Shown: positions 24,696 through 38,007 of the stretch, in pieces
How positions within the stretch are numbered: position 1 is the first letter of the stretch
Layout of the letters: every line of letters starts with the position of its first letter
NCBI RefSeq assembly: GCF_964355755.1
Contig: NC_092676.1
Coordinates: 18,556,871-18,620,870 of the forward strand
Source of the DNA: Antedon mediterranea
Taxonomy: Eukaryota > Animalia > Echinodermata
Direction of reading: 5' to 3'
DNA length: 64,000 bases
Notes under the pieces: generated by a model
Seen by the model: the letters and a program-made list of their open reading frames with translations, nothing else
Told to the model about the DNA's origin: nothing
Databases searched by the model: none
Program-made: the position numbers and the translations under genes

Positions 24696-27600
24696 TAATT
24701 ATTTTTAATTTTTTTAAATAAAACATAAATTACTGTACTAAATATCATTTTTGAGAAACTAATGTTTAATGGTGTTCCTCATATTCCCAACACACTTTTC
24801 AAAATGTTTATACAGGATTTGTCTTAACATTTTAGGTCAACCTTCCTACAGGCCTGTATGTTGGGTTGTAATATTGAAGGAGTTCTTTTTACTAGAAACC
24901 TGCCTGGATGACCCTTGGTGTATAAATCTTTCCTCTCAATAATAAGTATTGCTGATAAATTGTAGCATGTAGTCAATATTATTTGTATTCTACCCATATA
25001 ACAGGCATCATGAAAGCTTTGTTGGTAGAACTTTTAAAGTAAGCCCCTTGAGGGTGTACAGCACAATGTACTAAAGTCAAGCCAAAGGCCTACAGTAGTA
25101 CCATCTGTTGTGGTAGTTTATCAATTATACCTGAACATTTTACAGATAGAAAGATATCTCTGTTATACGACATACTTTATCAAATAATTTATAAATTAAA
25201 TATTTAAAACGTTTATATAAATATATACCTTAGAATTACAGGGTTCTTTGTTCAAGTCTATATGGTTACAAATCAAAGTCAGATAAACTTAGTTTTATTT
25301 ATTTATTATACAATTTATAAAAAAAAGCCAATTACATATTGAAAACATGTTTCGTGCCTGCTTACTTAGATAAAAACAACTACATACTCTCTCCCAAAGA
25401 GAGGAATAGATTGCGAAAAGAATAATTTTAACATTACATCATATATCATACCCCTGCCGTATAATTGAATAATCTGTCCAACAGCACCCTCTATACCATA
25501 GAATTTCATGGTACTTGGTTACATTTTTATATGGTTATTTTACGACTCAAAGTCAGACAACTTTTGTTGAACATTGCCTGCCAGAGCTCCAAAATGTTAA
25601 AATGTCTGAAAGAAGTATCTAAAAGCCTTTGTCATCACAATGTATTTTTGTAGGAATAATCACATGAACTAAAATTCACTAAAAAGAGTTGTCTATGTTT
25701 TGTATGTCATGAGACTTTCTATTGAAATGAGGATAGTTTTATTTCTTGTATTTCATCATTTTTGAAAAGCTACTGTTACGTTCTAATATAAGTTAACTAT
25801 TCTTTGTGTTAAATTTTGAATAAGTATCATTTAGTAACCCATCTCTTTTATTAATTTCTTGTTTCAAACAAATATAAAAGTGGTTTTTTAAATTGATGTT
25901 TTGTTCAAAGTTGAATATTGTGAGATGTGGTTGAGTGCCCATGAAATCTCTCTGTGTTGTATCTGATATATACTGATATATATCTTTCTTTTATCCTTGC
26001 ACCCTTTGATCCACACTATTATCTATGTTTTAAAAAGCTTTGTTGCATATATCTTTTCATCAATATTGACATTTGCGGTTATTTTATTATTTACCCTATA
26101 ATTCAGAAAAGTCAAGCTTGTATCAGAATTTACAGTGTTAGAGAATTTCACCTACATGAGAAGCGCAGATTAAGTTTATTTTTGTTTTATATGTAATCAG
26201 CCTTTTCTTTTCAATCAAAAAAATAAATATAGGATGCTTTGGATAAGTATAGGCCTACTGTTTAATGGTGAATTCTGGATTTTGAAATAGGTGGCCAGGC
26301 TTAAAAGTAGTCAAACTTGTTGATATTTTACCTTATACATTATTTAATTTTGTTCCCAGAAATTTAGGGGCCTAGTACTAATGGGTTCCGCACTTGGGTT
26401 TGCTAAGTGTATACAGTTTGTTGGTATTATCAGCAAAGCTGTGTAAAGTGGGTATAATTGGAAAACAACAATTGATGACATCATTAAACTAGAAAATAAC
26501 ACATTACGATCTTCTCGTCTATAACATATTGAAATATAATTAATTCAAATCAACATTAAAAATATACTGTAACATATGAGCATTTGGAACAAAGGCACTC
26601 ACATTGTGCAGTCAAGTCCAAACATAAAATATACAAAAGTATATATTGTACAAAACTAAAAGTTAATATATATAGTTAGTAAGAACAGGAACTATTTTAG
26701 GAAAATTAAACGATGGTATTAGTATTCATACAGCAGTTGATCACCATTGTGTTCACCACAAAGTATCAATGTGTGACTTGTAAAGAATATGCAATGTCGC
26801 CCTCTATTGTGATGGTTGAAAATAACTTTTTTTATCAACAGAGTTCTGTTTGGCGTCATATATGGTTTAGTCTAGCCTAAATGCGTACATTGTTGCTGTT
26901 ATGAAGACTTTCTTTTTTGTTTGTGCATTATGATAAAAACCTTATTTTTATATTTTCCAAAAAAGCCGTTTGAAACTACCTCTTCAATTGGAAAACTGAC
27001 CATAATATTAAATGGACAAATCAATGACCCATTCCATGAAAACTGCCTTTGATATGGTATTTCCCCCACCCATACCAAAATCTAGGCCAATCAGAGAGTT
27101 TCCAATATTCACCACGTGACTAAAAAAAATCATTTAGAACATGCTCTCTAGAAACATATGAGGACATTTATTTGGCATTTTCAGTAAAAATTGTAGAAAT
27201 AAAGACTAAGATTAAGATAATAAAAAAGATAAACTAAATGATGATGACATGATTATGAAAAGAAATCACTAATAAGATTAAGATGATTAAGATGATTAAG
27301 ATTAAGATGTCTGTCATATGCATTGCACTGATGAGGATGTGTTTTCAGTAAACCGAAGGCCATAAATATATATTACTTGAATGAACGCTTTTTTATTTGC
27401 ATTAATGTTTGTTATGATGTGTTGGTAACTAAGTTTATTGCATTATAATCAGTAATATACAATCTAATATTGTGTTCCAAAATGAGATATAGTAACATTT
27501 ATGTTTGCAATAAATGTGATAGGTAAAACAAAAAAATTCACATTTTCTACTTGTTAACAGTTAAATATCAGTCACAATAGAACCCCTCGTTTTTTGCCAT

Positions 27601-28697
27601 TTTTGGAGAAAAATAGACAGCGGCGACTGAAAATCAGGGCGACAAAAAAGTATGGCATATATTTTTGTCATAAATATAGCAAGCTACTTTTATATCAAAA
27701 ACACTAAACTACCGATTATCCATTTGTCTCTGCAGTCTTAAACAATTATCTTTTAAGAAGAGTTACACCTGCATGTCTTAAGAGGGCCAGTTGTACACAA
27801 GAGGTTCACATAGGGTGAAAATATATATTTATTTTATAAAATTGGAAGTAAAAATAATTGGTAATTCAAAATAATCAGCTATAAATTTTAAAACATTCTT
27901 ATGCTCGAATATGAAAACCATGTTTAACTATTTGGACTTTAATAATGCATTTGTTTTTTTAAACACAAGCTGAAAAATCTGAACATTTATAACATAAGAA
28001 CATCGAGACTGAGTTCAATTTTACAATGAGTTTATGTCTGTGGGTAATCGCCACCTAATCAAAACTGTGTATCTGATTTTGCCCAATTTCCTGACGAGTC
28101 AATCATTTTTACCTGTAGGGAATTCATAGAACATTAGGTTTTGATAGTTGTACAAAATCCTGAGATACTGTTATTAGGAATGGTATTATTGTCTTTTAAC
28201 GAAAACACCTGATGTTGGCGTTATTGGACGGTGATGATCATAATGTGATGTTTAGTTAATCAAGCATAGTGTGATTGATGTTAAAATCGTTATCTCCCGC
28301 TCACCAAGATGTTATTGCCATGACATCATAGGCAGAAAAACTCTGCAGTATCACGTATACGCAGTTAGCTGTTAAACGAAACGCGTGGATTGTGGCCGAA
28401 TTGAAAACAGAAGTTCCTATTACAGCCTTCTCGCTGGGCAGTGGTAAGCCCTCGGCTATATGGACTGCTAACTGGGTATGGAATGCTAATTCCAGGGTCA
28501 TTATAACTCAACTATTACAAGACCTATTTTTCTTGAAGAAGCTACATGCTAATGGTGTTTTCGAGAGCTTACTGATAACGCTACCAAGTGGATATTTACC
28601 TTCATAAAATTACTAGCATACTTTTACTGATAAAGAAAATGTTAGTACTATGATTATAAGAAACAGTTGCTGAGATTTCTTTGAGGGATTTTAGAGC

Positions 28698-28725
28698 ATG
28701 GATTTGTTTCAACCAGAACCGAAAT
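28698..28725 (+). CDS. DMD: Candidate alternative first coding exon of dystrophin (MDLFQPEPK-Y)
   Basis: agcATGG Kozak context, in-frame TAG immediately upstream, phase-1 donor T|GTAAGT at 28726, CpG-richer region upstream (~28200-28470). Confidence 0.55.
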
Positions 28726-31236
28726 GTAAGTATTTTAACTTGTGTGGAACACACACTGTTGGAGATACAAGCAAGAATCATATTTCTGTCCATTAAAGTT
28801 ATTAATATCACTTTTATATCAATAGGGAATTCGTTGGTATCAAACACGTTGAATGTGAGAATGATGTAGAAAAAAAAAGTCTACCAGTATTTTGTATGAA
28901 TTGAGTAATAATATGATCTAACAATTGTATATCTACTTTCCAATTATAAGAAAATACTGATAATATGCTGTTAGAGTATTGTAAACATTATTTAGATACT
29001 TAACTACAATATTAATAATTTTTTAGTTTCTCTAGGTCATTCTCCTTTTGTTAACTTTATTTCATGCAAAATTATCAGGAACCTAGATCCCTGTGTGTAT
29101 AAGGAGACTGATTTTAGTTTTTGTAAGTTTTATATACCATAGTTTTGAATAGGGACAAACCTCTAAATGATTCATGTAAAATATTAATACACAACATCTG
29201 AGATAAGTTGACAAAAGTCAGAGGTTGAACTACAACAGATGTAAAAGTGGGTGCAGTGCGTTTAAACTTTATCTGGTGATAACATTTTGGCTCAATTGGT
29301 TTCTTGAAGTGATTCAGTAGGTGATTAATTAAAATCTCACTTATATCTTTCGTCTCAAGCATTCCTGTTAAGAAGAAACAACTGATTTTTAAAATGTCAA
29401 TAAATTAAACCAAATATTTGATATCCACATAGCCTACTATTGGTTTAAATTAAAGATGTACCTTTCTGTTGTTCTGTTGTTTATAATATCAACTAAAAAG
29501 AAAACTGTTTATTTAGGATGGTCACCTCTGTTGGTAGTTAGCACCACATGTCATAAGACCCACCACCTATTAACGAACCAGCCACATCATGTCATTGTTC
29601 ATTACTTCGATGTCCAGTTTAATTGACAACATGACTTATCTTCCTTTGGGATTGACCTCATATGTATTAAATTAAAGTACTGAAATTCATCACAAATTTT
29701 GAAAAACTTCTGTTTTGATAAGTTGTATAAGGCTTGTTAATTTTATAGATGTACATGTTTTATCTAGTATGCATCTGGAATCATCATTGTATTCAAGATA
29801 TTAAATGCAGTATATCTTACAAATTATCAAATCACCATGAAATAAAAAAAAGATACACCTATAAAAAAAACTTAAATCTAAAGTTCTCTCCTAAAACATG
29901 AAAAATAAAGATGAATGAAATCAAACTTGGAACACATGCCATTTTGTAGTTTAGTCTAGTTTTACAAAATAAGTAGACATGATGATATCATATCACTACC
30001 ATAATTGAGCACACCACGTTATTTGGTCACACAATAACATTTGATAATAGGTAGACATAGCTTTAATTTGGTAAAGTTATTCAATTAGTTTTATCGGTTA
30101 TACAAAAAAAATGATTTTGCAAACTTATAAAAAAATAACTGGAATTACATTGAACATCTTTCAAACAACGTGCTTATAATTTGTTTTCTTTGAAATAATG
30201 GATTATGACGGCACATAACTAGCCATAAATCTAAAAGTACCTTCTAAATTAATACTAACAACAAATGCGTCACGCTCATTATATTCATGAAAATTTGTAA
30301 TGTTGCCAAATACTCTTACTGCATTCACAAATAAAAATAATTTGTACGAAAATGTTTAATTTAAAGTAGAAAAAATTAGTTTGAATAAGAATTTGAAGTT
30401 GGAAGCAAGGAAAAAAATATGGTACGTGATGGCTATTTGCTGCCCTCACAAATTAAACTAAGTTGTAAGGAATTGTTTAATAGGGAGCATGTTAAAAGGA
30501 ATAGGAATTTGATGTTGGGAACTAGGAAAAAAAAGATAATTTTATTTTAAATCAAGGATTTGAGATTTGAAGGGATAATCTAATTATAGATTAACATTTG
30601 ATGTGAACCTAGAGATTTTGGATTGAAATTTAATCTGTTTTGCCATTGAATTAATCATTATGGGCAAAATAATGTATTATAATGTAATCATAGGTAAAAT
30701 CAAATTCCTATGGTTCTTCTATAATTATTCTGATTGAAGGGCACATAGCATTAAATTAATCCATTATACTGATTTGGGGGCCTACTGGTGCGTAAGTAAC
30801 AACTGACAATAGACGTTTTATTGGATTTCATTGAATAATTATTAGTGTGGAAGAATTAACCCATGACAAAAGCTGCTGGAGCTATAAGACTAATCAGTAA
30901 TGTGCATGAAAACCGGTTTTTCATTTCATTATTTTGTTAAACACACAATGGGGTATATTTGCGGGAATATTTACAATTGATGAAACGGTATACGAAATGT
31001 TGTTCTAATTGTGAATTTCGATTCATTGTTACGTTAAAGTCGATTGTATTATCAGTGAGTATCAGCAGGCTGTAGTGCCAGCAACAAATTTTAGACTTGC
31101 AGTACCGTATTTGTTTTATAATTCCAAAACGGAAGATCGCCACTACTTTGTGCACTGAATTAATTTGGATTATGTAAAGAAGATTGGATACTACTGTATA
31201 ATAATTATTTTTTGTTTGCTATCTCATCATTTTAAA

Positions 31237-31282
31237 ATGGATTTTTATTTTGAGAATAAGATGAGGTCCTCTTGGAAAAAGG
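31237..31282 (+). CDS. DMD: Candidate alternative first coding exon of dystrophin (MDFYFENKMRSSWKK-D)
   Basis: aaaATGG context, open frame to phase-1 donor AGG|GTAAGT at 31283, CpG-richer upstream region with Inr-like TCAGT at ~31052. Confidence 0.55.
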
Positions 31283-33563
31283 GTAAGTCTGTTAGGAAGA
31301 CACTGACATGTATGTTTTTATTTATGTAATGTAGGCTTGGCTTAACTTTGTCCTATGCACGCTTAAGCTGATCACTGTATATATCCAAACTTCAGCCAAC
31401 GTACACCTCTGTATCGTTAACCTTTAATTAAACAATTTGTATTATTTCCTTACGGTCTTTGTTTTAATGGTAAAGCTTTATTATTTTTTCCATACCATCT
31501 TTACCCAACTTTTCCTTGATACGTTCTTGTCGCCTTCTCTGTCAGATCATTGCTGCTGTTTCCGCACTAAAATATATGGAGGACGCACCTTTTTATTTTT
31601 TGCATCCTCTTCTTTAGGAAAAACTTCCATCTTTTATAAACATTCATCCACTTTTTGATTCATTTAAAATAAATTTTTAAAAACTCATTTATTTAGCAAA
31701 TTTCACAATGTGCCTTTCACCATTTTTGGAATTGGCGTATATAAATGTTTGATTATTATTTAACTCTGATGGGTTTCAGAGGTACATCCGATGTATGTTT
31801 TACTCTGATAGGTTTCAGAATGTTAGACAAGCACTTCAGTTTTCAATTCAATTCAATTTATTTCCACAATACACAATAACATACAGGATAATAAATACAA
31901 TGAAGTAATCATGTGGGGAGAGGGTCATAAGTCAGAAAGAAGTTTGACCCACCCCAAGATACATTTTAATGTACCATCCAATTCGTATTTAAAAATACGA
32001 ATTGGATGGTTAACCAGTGTATTTTGTTTGCATTTGAAAGCAGAACAAGATTCTAACTCTTTACTGAATCATGGCAAGAAAAGTTATTTTTTCATGTTTA
32101 TATTTGACTGTTATTTGTGCTTATATTGTTTGTTGCCATTTATGACGGCCAGCAACCATTCATTATTGATTTATTGAAGTAATTAAACATGACACTTTGA
32201 TAACGATCTTGTGGACTAATTAAAAAGATGAATACCGGTATATTGAGGAAATTATGAATAATTTTTACATTATAGTAATTCCATAACATTATGATGTAAA
32301 TTTTGTATGTATGTAATTAGGTTAGAATCGTCCTCATACTTAATTGGAAATGGAGGAAATTGAGATTTAAGGCTTTTACAGAACCATGAAGCTAGTAGCA
32401 GTACAGCATCTACCCAGATCAACACACATGAGATAATCCCTTATTTTGAATAGTTCGCTAAAACGCGCATATGCAACAGCTTTACATTATATACCGATTT
32501 ACGTCCCATCTAAAGGACGAGGCAAAGAGAATATTTAAAGCTTATTAAGGGTACAATCATTAGGTCTCTCACATTCTAGTTTTCTAATGTAACGTTTTAT
32601 CTATAGTACCTGTGTGTTTCTCCCATCCAGGTTACCAGGTTCAATTTTGCTAATTTCGGTGATCCGATTAAAACCAGTATTTCAATGTGATAGTAGATAT
32701 AGCTTTTTTTTTAATGGTAGATAATTCATTATCAGTACATATCGAAAAGAAAGCAGAACCCTGAGTATTTCTTCTCATTAATTAATGATTATGAGGATCA
32801 GTAGTGTAGTGTGACAATCAATTCAATGACAATATTGGAAAATACAATTCCATACACAATAATGTTCATATATTTCATTCAACAAAAAAAGTCTACTACA
32901 ACTAACTACTGCCCTTGAATGACCAAAATTTGAAACAAAAAAAAAATATTAAAAAATATACTAGAGTGGACATATTTTGCATATTGCCCAGGGAAATGTA
33001 AAATATAATTTTTAGCTACTAGATTGAGTTAAATTGGCATATGTTAATATACAGTATATATATCATATATCAACAAATAAAATTAAAAAAATTTTAAAAG
33101 TAAAATAACAAATTAAAACATTGTCAAAAGACTAGTAACAATTGGGAAAGGTAAGTAGAATCTAGAAGATCGGTTGAGGTGGCAGTTGTCAGATAAAATA
33201 GTAACACATTTCATATATTGTAGATAAACATGGTCATTTGTTTCTAATAGTACGTACCTTGTAATTTTTTCCAGCTGAATAAACCTATTTAAATGCAATT
33301 GTAATTTGTATATCATTTTTATGATAATATCTATATATAACACTGGTAATTAAAGTTATCACGATGAGGTGATTATGATGTGTTTGATTCACATTACATT
33401 TTGTGTAAGATATGTCTTAATAGAAGGAAATTACTGCATATTATATATATATATATAAACAAATCAGGCAAAGAACATTAATTCTAAACCGCCCGGTGAT
33501 ATACTGAAATTTAATTAATTTGAAACGATAAAGATGAGGAAATCTGTAAGAATGAGAAAAAGT

Positions 33564-33636
33564 CGCCCCAACCGAGACTCAAACTCAGACCGCCTGCTTG
33601 ATATGCAGATGTCCTTAACCATTAGAACACTGGGGC
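33564..33636 (-). pseudogene. tRNA-like cloverleaf (Asp-like, anticodon position ATC), probably non-functional
   Basis: Acceptor GCCCCAG/TTGGGGC, D arm, anticodon arm TCTGC-ATATCAA-GCAGG, T arm CTGAG-TTTGAGT-CTCGG (TTC changed to TTT), followed by TTTTT. Confidence 0.7.
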
Positions 33637-33690
33637 TTTCATGGTATTGTTTAAACTCGAAATTTATATATATATATATATATCTCCAAT

Positions 33691-33729
33691 CTGCAGACGG
33701 TACTGTTTCGATCTTATTAGATCTCGTCA
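33691..33729 (-). ncRNA. Truncated minimal type I hammerhead ribozyme (Penelope/retrozyme-like)
   Basis: Minus strand (A)TGACGA-GATCT-AATA-AGATC-GAAAC-AGTACC-GTC-TGCAG. C3 and the 5' strand of stem I are replaced by (TA)n. Confidence 0.6.
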
Positions 33730-36707
33730 TATATATATTAACATCTGCCAATTTAACATAACACATTTATATTTTACATTTTCGTGGGCAATATGAAAAA
33801 TGTCCCACGTAATATTTAAAAAAAATAGTTTTTGGTCATTCAAGTCAGTATTCTGTTTTCAAAAGTACCTTTGCAATGTATGATAATTGTATTTTATATG
33901 GATTTTGTTTTGTTGAATAAAATATATGAACATTATTGTGTATGGAATTGTATTTTCCCAATATTGTCATTGAATATATTGATTGTTATACTACACTACT
34001 GATCATCATCATAATCATCAATTAATGAGTGTAGGATAGCATTCACAAGATTTTGTGGTTAATTTTTGTCTACAAATTTCAGAGATTTAAATTGTGGATA
34101 TTAAAAAGCTTAGATTTAAGATGGTAGTCATGGAAACTAATATTTGTTTAATCATGGGATTTATTGGTTTAATTTGGCTAACTCTCAACTGTCTATTTGA
34201 AAATATATAAATAGAAGTTAATAGTCATTTTGTAAATTTAGTTTAATATGTTAAGACTGCTGGGAACTACTTTAAAGAAAAAAATAATATCGGTATAGTA
34301 AAGATTTTAAAAATCATCATGTTAGATTTTATTATTGTCTCTATTGTTAAGTTTTAAAGGACAGACAAAAAAAATGAAATATATTTGATATATTTAAACT
34401 TGCATAAGCATTCCAAAACCTATTGAGTTTTTGAGTGGTTTTTGTCACACTTGTCGAAACCTATTATATTACCACTGATAACCAATCTCGTTCATATATC
34501 CTAATGCATTTTCATTAGTGTTTGTAAACAAAGTCTAAAGAGCCTTGTATAATGACTTTTTCTGTCGTTTAACGACCTAAGACAATGAGCGGTTCCACCA
34601 TCGAACGCCTAATAACTAGAATCAGCTGCAATTCACCGCATATCAATTTAGCGGTTCTTAAACTAGATGTTTAGGTAAACAGAGAAAATGCATTTGAATT
34701 TATGACTCAGTCGTATACAGTAGATAGTGGTGTTGAAATCATTGGCATGATTTCTTGTTTTGATATATTCCAGTAGCGAAAATTACTTAATTAATTTATT
34801 TTTAGTTTTTGGACTATTAGTATAGAATCGGATGAATTATTTTTAAATAATTCTCTAAAGTAAATAGGTCATGCTTTGCTTTAGTTACTTGGTATTTTGT
34901 CTGAAAGCTGTTTATGGAGCTTAAACCCACCACCTCCAGCTGATCACTATAATAGTCCAGCATTCATACAGTACCGCTAGACCACCGAGCTTTGTCAAAA
35001 CATATCTGAATTTCGTAGTAACTATTATTATTATTTACAGTATTAACTATTGACGGTAATGATGAAACTGTTATTTAAATATCTCCAATCGCATTGTCCA
35101 GCAAAACTCCTGAATTTACACACACTGGGACGTCAACACCGTTTTGTGTGATGTGCGATGTGTGTAAACAATTGAGTTTTGCTAGCCGATGTGAAAGGGA
35201 TATACATGTGGCACTTAGGGTGGCACTAAAACATTCATTGTAACTATATTGACAGTCCAAATGAACATTCCATAGATGAAAGTGATGTTTACACAGTAGT
35301 GAAAGGTCTTCCAATGCAATCCATTGGCTTAGAATTCAATAGAAACATCTTCCAGCTAGGCCAAGTTCATTGTATCATAGTGTCAGATAAAAGAATTGTG
35401 AATGGGCAACCAAGCAATTTATGCCTTAAAAATCAATAAGATTGCCTAGTGGATAACTCCTTCATTTAACACACAGCCACGAGGGGGCTGTTAGCCTATG
35501 TAACAAAGGTTATATGGTAAATTGTTACCGTAGGTTATTAGCATTTTTTACTCAAGCAGGTTGCTCACAGGAAGATATAATCCGGATTTTAGAAAATGAA
35601 AATGTTTAGGCCTAATGAGGCTTACCTGAGGATGAGAAGAGCAATGTTGATATACTGAGTCTCTGTTTATTCCAATGTTTATATATTGTATACAACCAAG
35701 GAGGTATAAGTAGGGTTAGAATACAAGGAGTGCCTGAGGTAAATTGGCCCCATCAACAGTTTTTACAATTCAAACAAGCTGTAGTCCAGGTCTGAGAATT
35801 ACTAATTTAACAAACTAACGTTTGTGGAATTTTGATTTACAATTACATCTGTAACTCTCACTACTTTATTAAACCATGCAAGAGGAATTGAGATTATCAT
35901 TTGATAAAAAGGATCGTGAAGGTCGTCAATTTTGGACAAAAGGCGCACGTAAGTTTGACAAAAAAAGTGTGATGGTAGCAATATGACATCATTGGTAGCA
36001 ACATCATCTTCTTGTCCATGGGCACATGGATATTCTAGATATTAGTTCCACGTGAACCTCACTATTGTGCTTCCAGTTTTTCACATATTTTCTTTGGTTA
36101 CAAGGAAAATTGATCGGGTGTTTAATATATATTTCTACTTATAATTGTCCATTTTGGTTCCGTTTTTTGCCTCTGCCATGTACGTATGTACTACAATAGT
36201 TCCCTGCTGCACAAACCATTGCACAAGCAGATGCTGATATAGTTATCCGGACTCAAGAAAAGTGTTTTAATTCGATGACCTAAGATGTCTATTTTCCCCT
36301 TTTCTTAAAAGCATTGATTTTTACACCCTCCCTGTAAATGGCAGTTGATTAATTTAACTCTGATTTAAAAGGTTCACGTACACGCACATTAATTTTGTTG
36401 AATGGAAGTGACAATGCATTTATATGTGGTAATGTTGAGCTATTCTCGTAAAGAATTGCTCGATCAATAGATCTAGTTTGCTTTCAATTTCATGTGACGT
36501 CGTTGATATACTACATTGTCAATAGTCTTGATTCAGCTGTTATCTGTCAGGTGATAAAAATATTCTGTCAGGTGTTTAGATAAAAATATTCTTTTGATGT
36601 GATGACAATTAAACATTGTAATGTAATGAGGGACGTAACCACAAATTAATTACAATAATAAAGTAACGTTCTTTTTATATGGTGTTTCTTGTGTAGGGTT
36701 TTCCTCG

Positions 36708-36850
36708 AAAGAGGGGTGTCCCAAAAGAGGGGTCTCCCGGAAGGGGAGTGTCCCAAAAGAAGGGTGTCTCGAAAGAGGAGTGTCCCAAAAGAGGGGTGTC
36801 CTGAAAGAAGAGTGTCCTGAAAGAGGAGTGTCCTGAAAGCGGGGTATCAC
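36708..36850. repeat. Minisatellite, ~15-16-nt unit AAAGAGGRGTGTCCY x~9
   Basis: Directly visible; the unit resembles subterminal GTGTCCCC motifs of the MITE remnants at 14935-15066 and 40150-40300. Confidence 0.9.
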
Positions 36851-36901
36851 AAAAGAGCATTGTCATAAAGAAGGGTTCTACTAAATCAACGGCACAAATG
36901 T

Positions 36902-37266
36902 GGCGAGTGAGTGGCCGAGTGGTTAAGACAGTGGAACCGTAATTACGTAGCCATAACATTGGCAAGGGTTCGAGACTCACTCGCTCCATGGTTCTGGTGG
37001 TAGAACGAGTCTTCTCGGATAAGGACTATAAACCGTAGGTCCAGTGTACACATAGCTCATGCGCACTTTAAAGAACCTAGTACATCTTTCGAGACGAGTA
37101 AGGGGTTACCCCGGTGTACTAGTCCACACAAACACAGCCACTGTCACACACAGCCACTGTGCAAATTGGGGCTTGACCGTTTTAGAGGTGTTTACCACCT
37201 GTTGGTCCAGATCCTTCACTAACTGAGTTAGTGAGAAGTCGAATAAATAAAAAATAAAAAATAAAT
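36902..37266 (+). mobile_element. tRNA(Ser-like)-derived SINE with Deu/Nin core, A-rich tail
   Basis: A box TGGCCGAGTGG, B box GGTTCGAGAC, long variable-arm-like hairpin; core CGGATAAGGACTATAAACCGTAGGTCC..TTAAAGAACC..TTCGAGACGAGTAAGGGGTTACCCCGGTG resembles the DeuSINE/AmnSINE1 domain. Confidence 0.85.
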
Positions 37267-37945
37267 TATCAACAATTTAAAACTTGAAACCTAAGAATTA
37301 AAAGATAAGCTACACTTAAACTGAAATATTAAGCCAAATAAGATTGATTAAATTATGCAATAGGTAGTATATTTGTGAATATTATAGAAATTCATAATCA
37401 ACACATAATGACGTAACCATGGTAATATTATAAATTAACCTTATTGTCCATGATCTAATTTTTTTGTAGAAAGTATAATTTGAATATAAGCATGACAGGC
37501 AGACGTTGAAATGTCATGAGCTATTGCAGCAGAATCAATGAGGCGCGACCATTGTCAGAAATATTGCTTCAACTACTTCAAATTCATGTTTTTTTATTGT
37601 TCAGAATTGATCATGTGATCATGTGATTGCAAATAAATCAGAACATTTCAAAATATGTGTAAAAAATTATGTTTTTTTTACATGAAATTTTACAGGATTG
37701 TTTCAAAGAGCATGGCGTAATGGTAAGGAATATCGGACTAGATTTAGAGACCGATATGTTTAAGACCTTTGTCATATTAAGTACTAAATTTAATATCTAT
37801 TTCCATCTGTGATATATTTATTAAAAATTAATGTCTTTGGGCAGATACCTGTTAAACGGATCACTCTAGGTTGTGATGGCATTTTAAGGATTCAATTCAT
37901 ATACAAAAAAAAACATTTACATTCAATATTCAATTTCTATTTCAG

Positions 37946-38007
37946 ATGAAAGAGAAGATATACAAAAGAAAACATTTTCCAAGTGGGTGAATGCACAGCT
38001 ATTAAAG
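37946..38007 (+). CDS. DMD: Dystrophin-family exon equivalent to DMD exon 2 (D-EREDIQKKTFSKWVNAQLLK)
   Basis: 62 nt, tttcag|...AAG|gtaagc. Nearly identical to human dystrophin EREDVQKKTFTKWVNAQFSK, with the same length and phase as DMD exon 2. Confidence 0.97.

Larger units (their letters stand above)
32774..34029. repeat. Long inverted repeat (arms ~32774-33060 and ~33730-34029)
   Basis: Arms align by eye, e.g. GACAATATTGGAAAATACAATTCCATACACAATAATGTTCATATATTT versus its reverse complement at 33920-33968. Confidence 0.9.

Noticed and set aside
27325-27362. CTGATGAGG...CCGAAGGCC hammerhead-like string
   Set aside because: GAAG instead of GAAA, and no stem III or cleavage triplet.
36902-36990. 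Functional tRNA genes at SINE heads (36902, 61689, 24445, 52438, 37710)
   Set aside because: Anticodon arms are broken and the heads run into SINE bodies.
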